DNA of 43,322 nt from Candidatus Dojkabacteria bacterium UBA4813 (GCA_002402455.1 DHFX01000015.1:1-43322), one strand, 5' to 3'; shown: positions 1 to 9,307, numbered from the stretch's first letter. Program-made: numbers and translations. Notes: a model not told the origin generated them from the sequence alone.

Positions 1-25
1 CTCTGACCAACTGAGCTACTTCGGC
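1..25 (-). tRNA. tRNA, 5' portion only (gene runs off the window start); isotype cannot be determined
   Basis: The reverse complement of 1-25 reads GCCGAAGTAGCTCAGTTGGTCAGAG, a canonical acceptor stem plus D-arm (AGCTCAGTTGG). The anticodon lies outside the window. Confidence 0.75.
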
Positions 26-38
26 TTTTGCAGTTGCA

Positions 39-67
39 AGTTTAATATATGTAGGATATATAGTCAA
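39..67 (-). promoter_or_regulatory. Sigma70-like promoter for the partial tRNA
   Basis: The minus strand reads TTGACT (67-62), a 17-nt spacer, then TAAACT (44-39). It ends about 13 nt upstream of the mature tRNA 5' end at 25. Confidence 0.5.
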
Positions 68-90
68 TATAACGATAATAGAGAGGGGAG

Positions 91-244
91 AGAATGCTCT
101 AGAGGATATGGAGTCATAGAGCTCTTAAAAACCAAGTGGGTTCTCGCAACCTATTCCCACAGGAAACAGGCTATGATAGAGATCCCTAAGCTCTTTTGTA
201 TGGAGCTATGAAACCATAGTATTCCTACTAGAGCAATATATTCT
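91..244 (-). ncRNA. Candidate rod-shaped structured RNA (6S-like architecture); identity unproven
   Basis: A long irregular closing helix is formed by 91-95/240-244, 96-102/228-234, 103-106/223-226, 107-111/214-218, 114-119/206-211 and 122-124/203-205, about 30 bp in total. It encloses a large internal loop (125-137 versus 187-202), an inner helix 138-145/179-186 (7 of 8 bp), and an apical hairpin 150-170. In that hairpin, positions 153/167 and 156/164 pair as G:U only on the minus-strand transcript. No ORF covers the region. Confidence 0.4.
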
Positions 245-294
245 ACCTTGAAAAGGTGTCATACACAAATATATTTTATCCTATAACGGCTATT

Positions 295-915
295 CTAGAG
301 GAAACCTAGTATATCCAAGGTTTTTGTAATAACAACGGACATATATGTTCCTGCTATCGATCCTGAAGGAAGAATTGGGAAGATTAGTAATAATATTAAT
401 AATATAGAGAACTTCTCTAATCTCTCCCATTGGTATCTAGCTTTTTGTGGGAGAATTGCTCTTACTATCTTATGTCCGTCGAGTGGAGGAATAGGAAGAA
501 CATTGAAAAAAGCAAGTGCCAAGTTAATTACCGTAAAGGTTAGTAAAAAGTTTCCTAGAATAGAACTAAGATCCGGTTGAAATATTAAATTTATAATCGC
601 AAGTAAACAGGCAAGCAAGAGATTTGAGACAGGTCCTGCTAGGGCTGTTAGTGCTGTTCCCAACTCCCTATTATCAAAATTGTTTTCGTTTATAGGTACA
701 GGCTTACTCCACCCGAATCTAAAAATTATCATGGAAAGAGCCCCCAAAGGATCGATATGTGGCAGAGGGTTTAAGGTCAATCTCCCTTCTGCTTTCGCGG
801 TAGGATCGCCCAATTTGAAAGCAACTAAACCGTGAGCATACTCATGCACTGTTGATGCTATTAATATTGAAGGAACGGCAAAAATAATCCAATAAAGTGT
901 ATCATTTGTAAACAT
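295..915 (-). CDS. Site-2 protease family zinc metalloprotease (peptidase M50, small multi-TM form)
   Basis: HEYAHG (HExxH), LNPLPHIDPLG and NVLPIPPLDG motifs are present, and the 206-aa protein is hydrophobic throughout. Confidence 0.85.
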   Translation of the reverse strand: MFTNDTLYWIIFAVPSILIASTVHEYAHGLVAFKLGDPTAKAEGRLTLNPLPHIDPLGALSMIIFRFGWSKPVPINENNFDNRELGTALTALAGPVSNLLLACLLAIINLIFQPDLSSILGNFLLTFTVINLALAFFNVLPIPPLDGHKIVRAILPQKARYQWERLEKFSILLILLLIFPILPSGSIAGTYMSVVITKTLDILGFL

Positions 916-977
916 AATTAAAATTATAACACGAAAGACTAGAAAGAGATGCTTATCTCTGCTATAATCTCCCCGTT

Positions 978-1202
978 ATGTCTAAAGTTTGTGAAATTTG
1001 CGGAAAATCTACAGTTGCTGGAAATAGAATTCAGCACAAGCACTCTGTCGGTTGGAGATATAAAGCTCCTAAAACCAAAAGAGAGTTCAAACCTAATCTC
1101 AGAAAGATAGAGGTTCTGGTTAATGGATCCGATACCCCCGTTAAAATGACTGTTTGCATGAAGTGTTATAAGAAGTTAAAGGGAGAGCAAGAGGAAAACT
1201 AA
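978..1202 (+). CDS. rpmB: 50S ribosomal protein bL28 (four-Cys, putative zinc-ribbon form)
   Basis: The N-terminus MSKVCEICGK..AGN..H and the FKPNL motif match bL28. Cysteines occur as CxxC at residues 5/8 and 60/63. Confidence 0.85.
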   Translation: MSKVCEICGKSTVAGNRIQHKHSVGWRYKAPKTKREFKPNLRKIEVLVNGSDTPVKMTVCMKCYKKLKGEQEEN

Positions 1203-1284
1203 GTTATCTTTCTCTCTTTTTTCACTCGTCATATCTTCTTTTTAATGATAAAATCGTTGTAACAGTTTTAAGACATAATTAATA

Positions 1285-2346
1285 ATGGCGATGAAATTAT
1301 TTGATTCTCTACTTGAGTTAGTTACCTATGATTTGGGTATAGACCTTGGTACTGCAAATACCATGGTGTATATGAGAAATCATGGAATTGTTGTTTCCGA
1401 ACCTTCGGTTGTTGCTGTTGAAAAGAGAAGTAAGACAGTTCTTGCTGTAGGGAAAGATGCTCGGCAGATGATAGGTAGAACTCCTGCGAATATTGTTGCT
1501 ATAAGGCCTTTAAGAGATGGTGTTATATCGGACTTTGATACTACTCAGGCGATGATTCATCATTTCATTCATAGGGCACACAATTATTTTGGTAAAAGTT
1601 TCAAAATTCCGAGACCTAGGGTAATTATTGGAGTTCCTTCTTCTGTTACTGAGGTAGAAAGGCAGGCGGTTATAGATGCCGCGAAAACGGCGGGGGCAAG
1701 AGAAGTTTACATAATAAAAGAAACCATGGCTGCTGCAATAGGAGCTGGACTTCCTATAGAAGACGCTTCCGGTAGCATGATAATAGATGTAGGTGGCGGA
1801 ACGACCGACATTGCAGTATTTTCACTTGGAGATATAGTTGTAGATAAAACAATGAAAGTTGCGGGAGACGAAATGGATGAAGATGTCGTTAACTATGTTA
1901 AGGGTAAATATAATGTATTAATAGGAGAGAGATCCGCTGAAGATATAAAAATTTCAATGGGTTCTGCTATTCCTATGAAGAAAGAAAAAAAGATGAGTGT
2001 TCAGGGAAGAGATCTTTTAACCGGGCTTCCCAAGACTGTTGAGCTAAGCAGTATTGAAGTAAGAGAGGGAATTATGAATACGATCTCCCAGATTACGGAA
2101 GCCGTAAAAGATGCAATAGAGGAAACCCCTCCGGAACTTTTGAAGGATCTTTTAATAGGTGGTGTTAGCTTAACTGGAGGTGGTGCATTAATTCGTGGCT
2201 TAGATACTTACTGGAGTAAAGAATTGAATGTTCCTGTTAAGATAGTGGAAGATCCGTTATCTACAGTAGCTAGAGGTACTGCACAGATGTTAGATCATAT
2301 AGAACTGCTAGAGCGTGTTCAGAAGTCTTGGGAAGAGTTGGTTTAA
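1285..2346 (+). CDS. mreB: Rod shape-determining actin-like protein MreB
   Basis: DLGIDLGTANT, EPSVVA, DVGGGTTDIAV and LTGGGALIRGLD actin-fold motifs are present in a 353-aa protein. Confidence 0.95.
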   Translation: MAMKLFDSLLELVTYDLGIDLGTANTMVYMRNHGIVVSEPSVVAVEKRSKTVLAVGKDARQMIGRTPANIVAIRPLRDGVISDFDTTQAMIHHFIHRAHNYFGKSFKIPRPRVIIGVPSSVTEVERQAVIDAAKTAGAREVYIIKETMAAAIGAGLPIEDASGSMIIDVGGGTTDIAVFSLGDIVVDKTMKVAGDEMDEDVVNYVKGKYNVLIGERSAEDIKISMGSAIPMKKEKKMSVQGRDLLTGLPKTVELSSIEVREGIMNTISQITEAVKDAIEETPPELLKDLLIGGVSLTGGGALIRGLDTYWSKELNVPVKIVEDPLSTVARGTAQMLDHIELLERVQKSWEELV

Positions 2347-2362
2347 CTTTGAATTCTAGGTT

Positions 2363-3193
2363 ATGAAGAAAGACTCTAAAAAAATATCAGTAGAGTATTT
2401 GGCTTTAGTTGGGGCAATTATATTTGGCGTTGGACTGCTTATCCTAGATTCTCTTGGGGCACTATCCTTTCTAAGAACAGGAATCTCGTTTGTTATGGAT
2501 CCTATCGCTTACCATGGTAGCTACGGCGGTAGTGAGATTAGGAATTATTTTGAAACCTTCGGTCGTCTTAATGAATTTCGTAGAGAGTACTCTGAACTAA
2601 GTATGAAAGTTTATGAACAGGAGGTAGATTCTGCTTTTTGTTCTACTCTTAAAGAAGAAAATGAAGCTCTTAAAAAGCAAATAGCGTTGGGTAATGTAGA
2701 ACAAAAATATGTATTGGCCAAAGTTTTAGCTCCTCTGGAAAAGAATCTCCTTAGGATCAATAAAGGAAAGGATGAGGGGGTAGCTATCGGGGACATTGTT
2801 GTTTTAGGAAATATGTATATTGGTTTGGTAGTAGAAGTGGACGAAAAGGGTTCTCTTGTGAGGTTACCATCTAATACGGGGAGCAGTTTGGAAGTAATAG
2901 TGGTTGAAGGAGATATAGAGAGTGCAAGGAACATGGAAAATATTTCTGTTTTGACAAAAGGGGTTGTAAAAGGTGCACCGGATGGGATAAAGATAGAAAA
3001 TATGTCTATGAACGCACCATTAAAAAATGGTGATACGGTAATAATTAACGACACAAGGGTAGGGGAATATCTTGTTTTAGGTAGTCTTGTTGGTCTTTCC
3101 GAAAACCCGGCAGTAACATCCAGAAGCGGCTATGTCTCGCCCATGTTTGATTATGACAGGCTAATGACTGTATTTGTAATTATAGGATCTTAA
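2363..3193 (+). CDS. mreC: Rod shape-determining protein MreC
   Basis: It lies immediately downstream of mreB. It has an N-terminal TM, a coiled-coil segment (LKEENEALKKQ) and beta-barrel-type segments (GDIVV..G.YIGLVVEV). Confidence 0.8.
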   Translation: MKKDSKKISVEYLALVGAIIFGVGLLILDSLGALSFLRTGISFVMDPIAYHGSYGGSEIRNYFETFGRLNEFRREYSELSMKVYEQEVDSAFCSTLKEENEALKKQIALGNVEQKYVLAKVLAPLEKNLLRINKGKDEGVAIGDIVVLGNMYIGLVVEVDEKGSLVRLPSNTGSSLEVIVVEGDIESARNMENISVLTKGVVKGAPDGIKIENMSMNAPLKNGDTVIINDTRVGEYLVLGSLVGLSENPAVTSRSGYVSPMFDYDRLMTVFVIIGS

Positions 3194-3194
3194 A

Positions 3195-3698
3195 ATGTTA
3201 ATACTAAATATATTCTTAACAATTTTAGGTTTGTTTGCTTTAGTATATTTCGAAAGTCTCCTTTTTGTCCTCATTGGGATTAAACTTTCCTTAATAATCT
3301 TCTTTTTTCTCTTTCGTAAGGTAGACTCCAAGATTCTTTTTTTTATATCTTTCCTAGCATTTTTAATTTTTGATGTTATTTACAAATTCCCTCTAGGCAG
3401 TAATATTCTTGTCCTTGCTATCCCTTTGCTTATGTATATGCTAATTTCCATGTTTATCTCTCTGGATTTTGGCTTAGTGGCATTTTTGGTTAAGACCGTA
3501 ATATTCTGGGTCTACTACATAATTCTTGCTACGCTTCCAAACCTTTTTGTCGTAGGGAAATTAGGTGCATTAACATGGGATGAAGTCCTGAGAGCTTTTT
3601 TAAGAGGCTTTTTGACGGCTATTGGTGTTTTTATACTCGATTATATACTCACAGGTTTTAGAAAAAGAGGAAAAAGTTCTCAGATTCGGTTAAAATAG
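3195..3698 (+). CDS. mreD: MreD-like polytopic membrane protein
   Basis: It occupies the conserved position after mreC (1-nt gap) and is a 167-aa, entirely hydrophobic multi-TM protein. The assignment rests mainly on synteny. Confidence 0.6.
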   Translation: MLILNIFLTILGLFALVYFESLLFVLIGIKLSLIIFFFLFRKVDSKILFFISFLAFLIFDVIYKFPLGSNILVLAIPLLMYMLISMFISLDFGLVAFLVKTVIFWVYYIILATLPNLFVVGKLGALTWDEVLRAFLRGFLTAIGVFILDYILTGFRKRGKSSQIRLK

Positions 3699-3701
3699 AG
3701 T

Positions 3702-5714
3702 GTGAATCTAAGAATTTCTAAAAGGTTACAACAAGACAGGGATTGTAGAAGAAAGAGACTCTCTATAAAAAGAAGTTCTCCTAATATCAATGGGGTCGCT
3801 AAAGATATTAAAAAGACTCTATTAGAACCGACATTAGAGAGTGGAGATATGCGCTGGAACTACGTTTTGGTTTTCCTTTTATTTCTCTTTTTGTTCGGAG
3901 TTCTCGTATTTAACCTTTCTTCCTTACAAATAGTTCAAGGGGAAGAGATGCTTGCAAAATCAGAGAATAATCAAATTAGAATAAGAACAATTCCCGCATA
4001 CAGAGGTGTTATTTTTGATCGTAATGGCAAACAGTTGGCGATTAACGAAGCGGCTATGAATGTATATCTGGCGATGGAGCATTATCTTGACCAAGAAGGA
4101 TTGATAAACACGGAATTAGTCGAGAAGACATCAAATACCCTCGGGGGTATATTGGGGGACAACTGGGAGAATACTACCCAAGAGGGTAATGAGCAGTTCA
4201 ACACTATTTCCGAGAAGGTATATTCTGTCCATAGTCAAAGTTCTTATTTTTCTGAAATCCTTATTGCCAGAGATATAGATGATGAAACGGCGATTAAAAT
4301 AAAAGCAATGAGTGAAGAGCTTCTCGGAGTTTATATAGATAACGGAAGTAAGAGGTTCTATCCAGAGAATGAAGTCCTTTCTCACGTGTTGGGGTATACT
4401 GGAACTGTTTCAGTAGAGGACCTTTCTGAATTGGATTACGTTTCTTCAACCGATGTAATAGGGCGTACCGGATTAGAGAGGGAGTACGATAAAGATCTCT
4501 TGGGTCAGGCAGGGGAGATTGCTTGGGAAGTAGACGCACTTGGCAGAACCATTTCCGAAGAAGGGTATGTCATTAAGGAACCGGTACCCGGTAAGAATCT
4601 TTATTTAACTATAGATCTTGAAGTTCAGAAGCAGCTGTATGAGGTTATAAAGGAGGGTGTTAAGGAATATGACGCTCAGGGGGGAGCAGGCATAATACAA
4701 AACCCGCAGACAGGAGAGATAGTAGCAATTGTTTCGTATCCTAGTTATGACAACAATCTCTTCGTTGGGGGAATATCTTCTTCTGAGTACTCTAAATTAA
4801 TAAATGATCCAAGAAATCCGTTATTGAACAGAGCAATAGCGGCACAAGTACCTCCCGGCTCCACTTTCAAAACCTTAGTTGCGATAGCAGCCTTAGATGC
4901 CGGAGCAATAACAAAGGACACGGTATATGTCAGCAGGAGAGGTTACACATTCTCTAGTGGTGCACCGTTTCAAGATTACAGGAATATGGCATACGGACCA
5001 TTGAACCTAATTGATGCAATTTCCGTTTCCTCTAATATCTATTTCTGTGAATTAATAAGAAATTGGGATATGAATGAATTAGTTCCATACTTAGAGGCCT
5101 TTGGGATAGGTAGGTACACAGGTATAGATATCCCAGGAGAAGCTCCTGGGAGAGTCCCGTCTCCTGAGAATAAAATAGCCCTAGCTAATACAACAAGTCC
5201 TTGGTTAGACCCTGTTTGGTATCCTGAGGGGGATTCCTGCAACTCTGTCATCGGGCAAGGTATTACTTTAGTAACACCTCTGCAGATGGTTAATTGGACC
5301 TCGGGTATAGCAAACGAAGGAACGCTACATACCCCTCGTGTCGGAGATTACTTTTTAAATGAAGATGGGGAGAGAGAAACAGTGGGGTCTGACCCCAGGG
5401 AGGTGCCTTTCGGAGATTCTATAAAGATAGTAAAAGAGGGGATGTGGTCCGCAGTTAACGGTCCAAGGGCAACGATTCGTACCCTAAGTGGTATGGCAGT
5501 GGAAGTAGCTGCCAAAACAGGAACTGCAGAGTTCGGAGCATTAAATAAGGACGGAACATACGAAAACACGCATGCATGGACAACAAGTTTCTTTCCCTAT
5601 GATGATCCTAAATATACAATGACAATATTTCTGGAAGATGGTGGTGAGAGTATAAATGCAGTAAGAGTTTCTAGGCAGATGATAGAGTGGATGATTAAAG
5701 AAGATTTAATCTAG
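3702..5714 (+). CDS. mrdA: Penicillin-binding protein 2 (class B transpeptidase)
   Basis: The SxxK (GSTFK), SxN (SSN) and KTGTA active-site motifs are present, with an N-terminal TM, and the gene follows mreBCD. The GTG start at 3702 is uncertain; an in-frame ATG at 3849 (MRWNYV..TM) is an alternative. Confidence 0.9.
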   Translation: MNLRISKRLQQDRDCRRKRLSIKRSSPNINGVAKDIKKTLLEPTLESGDMRWNYVLVFLLFLFLFGVLVFNLSSLQIVQGEEMLAKSENNQIRIRTIPAYRGVIFDRNGKQLAINEAAMNVYLAMEHYLDQEGLINTELVEKTSNTLGGILGDNWENTTQEGNEQFNTISEKVYSVHSQSSYFSEILIARDIDDETAIKIKAMSEELLGVYIDNGSKRFYPENEVLSHVLGYTGTVSVEDLSELDYVSSTDVIGRTGLEREYDKDLLGQAGEIAWEVDALGRTISEEGYVIKEPVPGKNLYLTIDLEVQKQLYEVIKEGVKEYDAQGGAGIIQNPQTGEIVAIVSYPSYDNNLFVGGISSSEYSKLINDPRNPLLNRAIAAQVPPGSTFKTLVAIAALDAGAITKDTVYVSRRGYTFSSGAPFQDYRNMAYGPLNLIDAISVSSNIYFCELIRNWDMNELVPYLEAFGIGRYTGIDIPGEAPGRVPSPENKIALANTTSPWLDPVWYPEGDSCNSVIGQGITLVTPLQMVNWTSGIANEGTLHTPRVGDYFLNEDGERETVGSDPREVPFGDSIKIVKEGMWSAVNGPRATIRTLSGMAVEVAAKTGTAEFGALNKDGTYENTHAWTTSFFPYDDPKYTMTIFLEDGGESINAVRVSRQMIEWMIKEDLI

Positions 5715-5742
5715 ATTTAATCTCTCCTTGTAATCATTTTCT

Positions 5743-6435
5743 ATGCATATGCAGACATTATGCGCAAAGGAGATTCCTCCTTTGTTAAAAGAGGCCGTTC
5801 CAAACCTGAATACTTTATATTTTGTGGGCAACAAAGATTTGTTGAAAACAGTCTGTATAACCTTTGTCGGCACCAGAGATATTACAAAATACGGGGAATT
5901 TGTTATAAAAGAGCTCTTAAACAAAGAATTAGCTAACTGTAATATTGCCATAGTTAGCGGTTTAGCCAGGGGGGTAGATGCTTATGTACATAAAACATGC
6001 CTTGAAATGGGAATTAAGACAATAGCAATAGTTCCCGGATCTATAACTAGTGCTATTCCCAAATCCAACAGGGAAATATTTCAGGAGATTAAAAAGGAAG
6101 GTCTTATTCTTGCAGAATATCCGGAAGGAACTACATTAAGAAAGGAAATGTTTGTTCTGAGAAATAGGCTTTTAGCCGGGATATCTCCTTTAACAATAGT
6201 AATTCAGGCGGGAGAAAAGAGTGGTTCCTTAATAACTGCAAATATGGCGATTAATTACAACAGAGAGCTTTGTGTTGTTCCCGGGGATATAAATAGAGAA
6301 GTTTCTAAGGGCTGTAATTTCCTTGCGAAGCAGGGAGCCGGTATAATCACAAGTTTCGTTGATCTCAAAAACCTACTTGGAATTATTAACGACCAATTAA
6401 CAATAAAGTGCGAACACCTTGTGCAAGGAAAATGA
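5743..6435 (+). CDS. dprA: DNA-processing protein DprA/Smf (short, Rossmann core only)
   Basis: SGLARGVDAYVHK, LRNRLLAGIS and IQAGEKSGSLITA motifs are present. At 230 aa it appears to lack the N- and C-terminal accessory domains. Confidence 0.85.
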   Translation: MHMQTLCAKEIPPLLKEAVPNLNTLYFVGNKDLLKTVCITFVGTRDITKYGEFVIKELLNKELANCNIAIVSGLARGVDAYVHKTCLEMGIKTIAIVPGSITSAIPKSNREIFQEIKKEGLILAEYPEGTTLRKEMFVLRNRLLAGISPLTIVIQAGEKSGSLITANMAINYNRELCVVPGDINREVSKGCNFLAKQGAGIITSFVDLKNLLGIINDQLTIKCEHLVQGK

Positions 6436-6462
6436 ACAAATTTGACAACTTAAGTATAATTA

Positions 6463-8592
6463 ATGTATTTTGAACCCATGGCAAATAAAACCTATAAAAA
6501 TTTGTTAATCGTTGAGTCTCCCTCCAAAGCGAAGACAATAAACAAGTATTTGGGCAGTGACTTTAAGGTCATGGCCACAGTTGGTCACATAATAGATCTT
6601 CCAAAAAGTAATTTAGGTGTGGATGTCGAAAATAATTACGAACCACAACTAGATACTATTTATGGTAAAGGAAAAGTTGTTAAAGAACTTAAAAAGGCTA
6701 TTCCTAAGGAAGGAGATGTGTATTTAGCAATGGACCCGGATAGAGAAGGAGAGGCAATTGCCTATCATACTTCTGTAGAATTAAGTCTTAAGAAACCAAA
6801 AAGAGTAACATTCCACGAAATAACGGAAGAAGCAGTCAAAAAAGCGGTAGCAAACCCAGGGGAGATAAACATGAATTTGGTTGAAGCTCAGAAAGCCAGA
6901 AGGGTCTTAGACAGACTGGTGGGATACAAACTCTCCGAACTTATCTGGAAAAAGATTTGGTACGGTCTCTCTGCAGGGAGAGTTCAATCAGTTGCATTAA
7001 GACTAGTCGTTGAAAAGGAGGAAGAGAGAGAAGCGTTTAAAAAGGAAGAGTATTGGGAAGTATCTGTAAAATTAAAAGACTCTGACAAAAACATAGTAAT
7101 AGCTAAACTTTCCACCAAAGAGGGTAAGAAATATATTCCTAAAAATGAAAATGAAGTTAAAGATATCCTAGAGGGTATAGGAGATAGTAAGTTTTTAGTT
7201 AAAGAGGTTACAGTAAAAAAGAAAAGTAAGCATGCGTATCCACCATTTACTACATCAACTCTTCAGCAAAGTGCAAATACAATTTTAGGATATACTTCTA
7301 AGCGAACTATGAGTATTGCACAGGCTCTGTACCAGTCAGGTTACATCACATATATGCGTACAGACTCTGTTTACTTAGCAAAAAAGGCTATAGATCAGAT
7401 TAAAAAGCTTGTTGAGGATAAATACGGGAAAGAATATATTCCACAAAAGCCCAACTACTACAAGAATAAGGTAAAAAATGCTCAAGAAGCACACGAGGCC
7501 ATAAGACCTACAGATTTTTCTTTAGATCTTTCTCAAATTGAAAAAGAACACGGCAAAGCTGCAGTTATGCTTTATGAATTGATCTGGAAACGTGCTGTAT
7601 CTAGCCAGATGAGTAATAAAGAAGTTGAAGTTTTGAAAGTATCTTTGAAACCAAAAGATTTAGATAAACCTGAATATATTTTTACTTTAGGCGGAGAGAG
7701 AACACTCTTTGACGGTTTTAGGAGAGTCTTAGGTAACAAGAAAGACGCAGATGATCTACAGGAAATTTCTAAATTAAGGAGAGGGGACGAATTGGAAAAG
7801 GTAGAGTTTGTGAATGAACAAAAATTTACTCAACCTCCTGCCAGATATACAGAGGCTTCCTTAATTAAAAAGCTTGAGGAACTAGGAATAGGTAGACCTT
7901 CTACATATTCCTCAATAATATCTACAATCAGAGGCAGAGGTTATGTTGAATTCGAAGCAAAAGCAATATTTCCTACAGATATCGGTAGAGTAGTAACTAA
8001 CTTTTTAAGAGGAAACTTTAAGAGATTGGTAGATTACAAATATACCGCGAAAGTTGAGGATGACTTGGACGACATTGCATTGGGTAAAAAGGAGTATGTT
8101 CCTGTCATAGACAAGGAATATAAATCCCTTATGGAAAATATTAAAAAGGCAGATAAAGAAGTTAACAAAGAAGATGTCGTTATACTAGGTAAATCAGATG
8201 AGAAATGTCCGGAATGCGGAGGGGAAATGGTTGTAAGAATAGGTAGGTATGGAAAATTCTTAAGCTGTGCGAGATTCCCGGAGTGTAAAGGGATGAGGGA
8301 TCTTAACGGGCAAGAAGATAGTTTGGACTATGGTAAATATTTTAAACCCGAAAAATGTCCGAAGTGTGGTGCTAAGATGGTTTTAAAGAACGGTAAATAC
8401 GGTAAATTTTGGGCTTGTGAGAAATATCCAGAATGTAAGGGAATAGTGCCTCTTTTGTTGAATGAAAAATGCCCAAAGTGTGGAAATCACTTAGTGGAAA
8501 GAAAAAGTAAGTGGGGCAAGACATTTATAGGGTGCAGTAACTATCCAAATTGCACCTACATCAAGGGGAGTAAGAATAACGAGCAAACCTAA
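6463..8592 (+). CDS. topA: DNA topoisomerase I with three C-terminal CxxC..CxxC zinc ribbons
   Basis: It has a TOPRIM start LLIVESPSKAK, the MDPDREGEAIA motif, the active-site region YITYMRTDS, and repeated CPxCG...GKF..C..YPxC modules. The true start may be the ATG at 6478 (MANKTYK). Confidence 0.95.
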   Translation: MYFEPMANKTYKNLLIVESPSKAKTINKYLGSDFKVMATVGHIIDLPKSNLGVDVENNYEPQLDTIYGKGKVVKELKKAIPKEGDVYLAMDPDREGEAIAYHTSVELSLKKPKRVTFHEITEEAVKKAVANPGEINMNLVEAQKARRVLDRLVGYKLSELIWKKIWYGLSAGRVQSVALRLVVEKEEEREAFKKEEYWEVSVKLKDSDKNIVIAKLSTKEGKKYIPKNENEVKDILEGIGDSKFLVKEVTVKKKSKHAYPPFTTSTLQQSANTILGYTSKRTMSIAQALYQSGYITYMRTDSVYLAKKAIDQIKKLVEDKYGKEYIPQKPNYYKNKVKNAQEAHEAIRPTDFSLDLSQIEKEHGKAAVMLYELIWKRAVSSQMSNKEVEVLKVSLKPKDLDKPEYIFTLGGERTLFDGFRRVLGNKKDADDLQEISKLRRGDELEKVEFVNEQKFTQPPARYTEASLIKKLEELGIGRPSTYSSIISTIRGRGYVEFEAKAIFPTDIGRVVTNFLRGNFKRLVDYKYTAKVEDDLDDIALGKKEYVPVIDKEYKSLMENIKKADKEVNKEDVVILGKSDEKCPECGGEMVVRIGRYGKFLSCARFPECKGMRDLNGQEDSLDYGKYFKPEKCPKCGAKMVLKNGKYGKFWACEKYPECKGIVPLLLNEKCPKCGNHLVERKSKWGKTFIGCSNYPNCTYIKGSKNNEQT

Positions 8593-8663
8593 AAAGAGGA
8601 GAAAGATCTAAAAAGAAAAGTAGTTAACTATCTTTTTAACAACTCATCTATTAAGATGGTTAT

Positions 8664-9304
8664 ATGCTTCCTAGAGAGAAATATATAGAAAAAGGGTATA
8701 GATAATCTCAGTGATCAGGATCTAATCGCAATAATAGTTGGGACTGGTACAAAGGGTAAAAACTTTATGAGTGTCTCAAGAAGTGTTGTTGTTAGAATGA
8801 GAAGACTGGTTGAAGAGCGGAAAAGATGTTAATATCCAAGATATCACAGAGGTGGAACGGAGTGGGGGTAGTTACGGCAATGAGGATTCTCGCCGGTATA
8901 GAATTGGGCAAAAGGTTATATGGCCTTGAAACTAATGAGAAGAAGTGTAGTAAGGAATTCTCAGGAAGCATACTCGGCTCTAAGAGATATCGGTAGTAGG
9001 AAGCAGGAGCATGTTATTGCTCTTTTTCTTAACTCTCGTTTTGAAGTTTTAGAAAGAAGAGTAATTTGCATAGGTAGCCTAGACGGTGTTAATGTTCTTC
9101 CCAGGGACATAATAATCCCTGGCATTGGAACTTAATGCAAGTAGCGTGGTAATAGCACACAACCACCCCTCAGGAGATCCCACTCCCAGTGACGAAGATA
9201 TCCTTATTACAAAAAGGATTCAAGAAGGTCTAGAGCTGGTAGGCTTAAATCTTTTAGATCATATCATAGTTGCTAATGACTCTTGGAGGAGAATAGAGAT
9301 ATAA
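8664..9304 (+). pseudogene. radC: radC (JAB/MPN-domain RadC family), disrupted by about five frameshifts
   Basis: RadC-like segments are readable in successive frames. These are MLPREKYIEKGY (8664-8702), DNLSDQDLIAIIVGTGTKGK.. (8701-8829) and DVNIQDITEVE (8825-8857). They continue with GVGVVTAMRILAGIELGKRLYG (8859-8945), VVRNSQEAY..QEHVIALFLNSRFEV..LPRDII (about 8947-9115) and ALELNASSVVIAHNHPSGDPTPSDEDILITKR..LLDHIIV (9122-9304). Only the 8920-9135 piece appears in the ORF track. Confidence 0.8.
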
Positions 9305-9307
9305 AAG

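Noticed and set aside
68-294. RNase P RNA, SRP (4.5S) RNA or tmRNA in the noncoding region at the window start.
   Set aside because: It has no GAGGAAAGTCC / ACAGAA..CGGCTTA P4 strands and no GGAA-tetraloop SRP domain IV motif. There is no tRNA-like 3' end, and the length is too short for RNase P. It is kept only as an unclassified rod-shaped RNA candidate.
2611-3054. Numerous 60-170-aa ORFs in the track lie antisense to, or out of frame within, long well-supported genes. Examples are 2611-3054(-), 4131-4539(-), 10182-10834(-), 13635-14545(-), 16179-16682(-), 21837-22220(-), 39319-39745(-) and 41348-41614(-).
   Set aside because: Each lies wholly inside a gene with strong motif support on the other strand or frame. 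Their sequences are low-complexity, mirror-image compositions (S/L/F/I-rich), and they have no Shine-Dalgarno sequence. They are typical shadow ORFs of AT-rich DNA.
8920-9135. A 71-aa ORF listed as a stand-alone gene.
   Set aside because: It is the central fragment of the frameshifted radC. RadC-like sequence continues upstream and downstream in other frames.
8664-9304. Explaining the broken radC by an alternative genetic code (stop-codon reassignment, as in some CPR lineages).
   Set aside because: The interruptions are frame changes ending in TAA or TAG, not in-frame TGA codons. All other genes in the window translate cleanly with the standard code and use TGA/TAA/TAG as stops.
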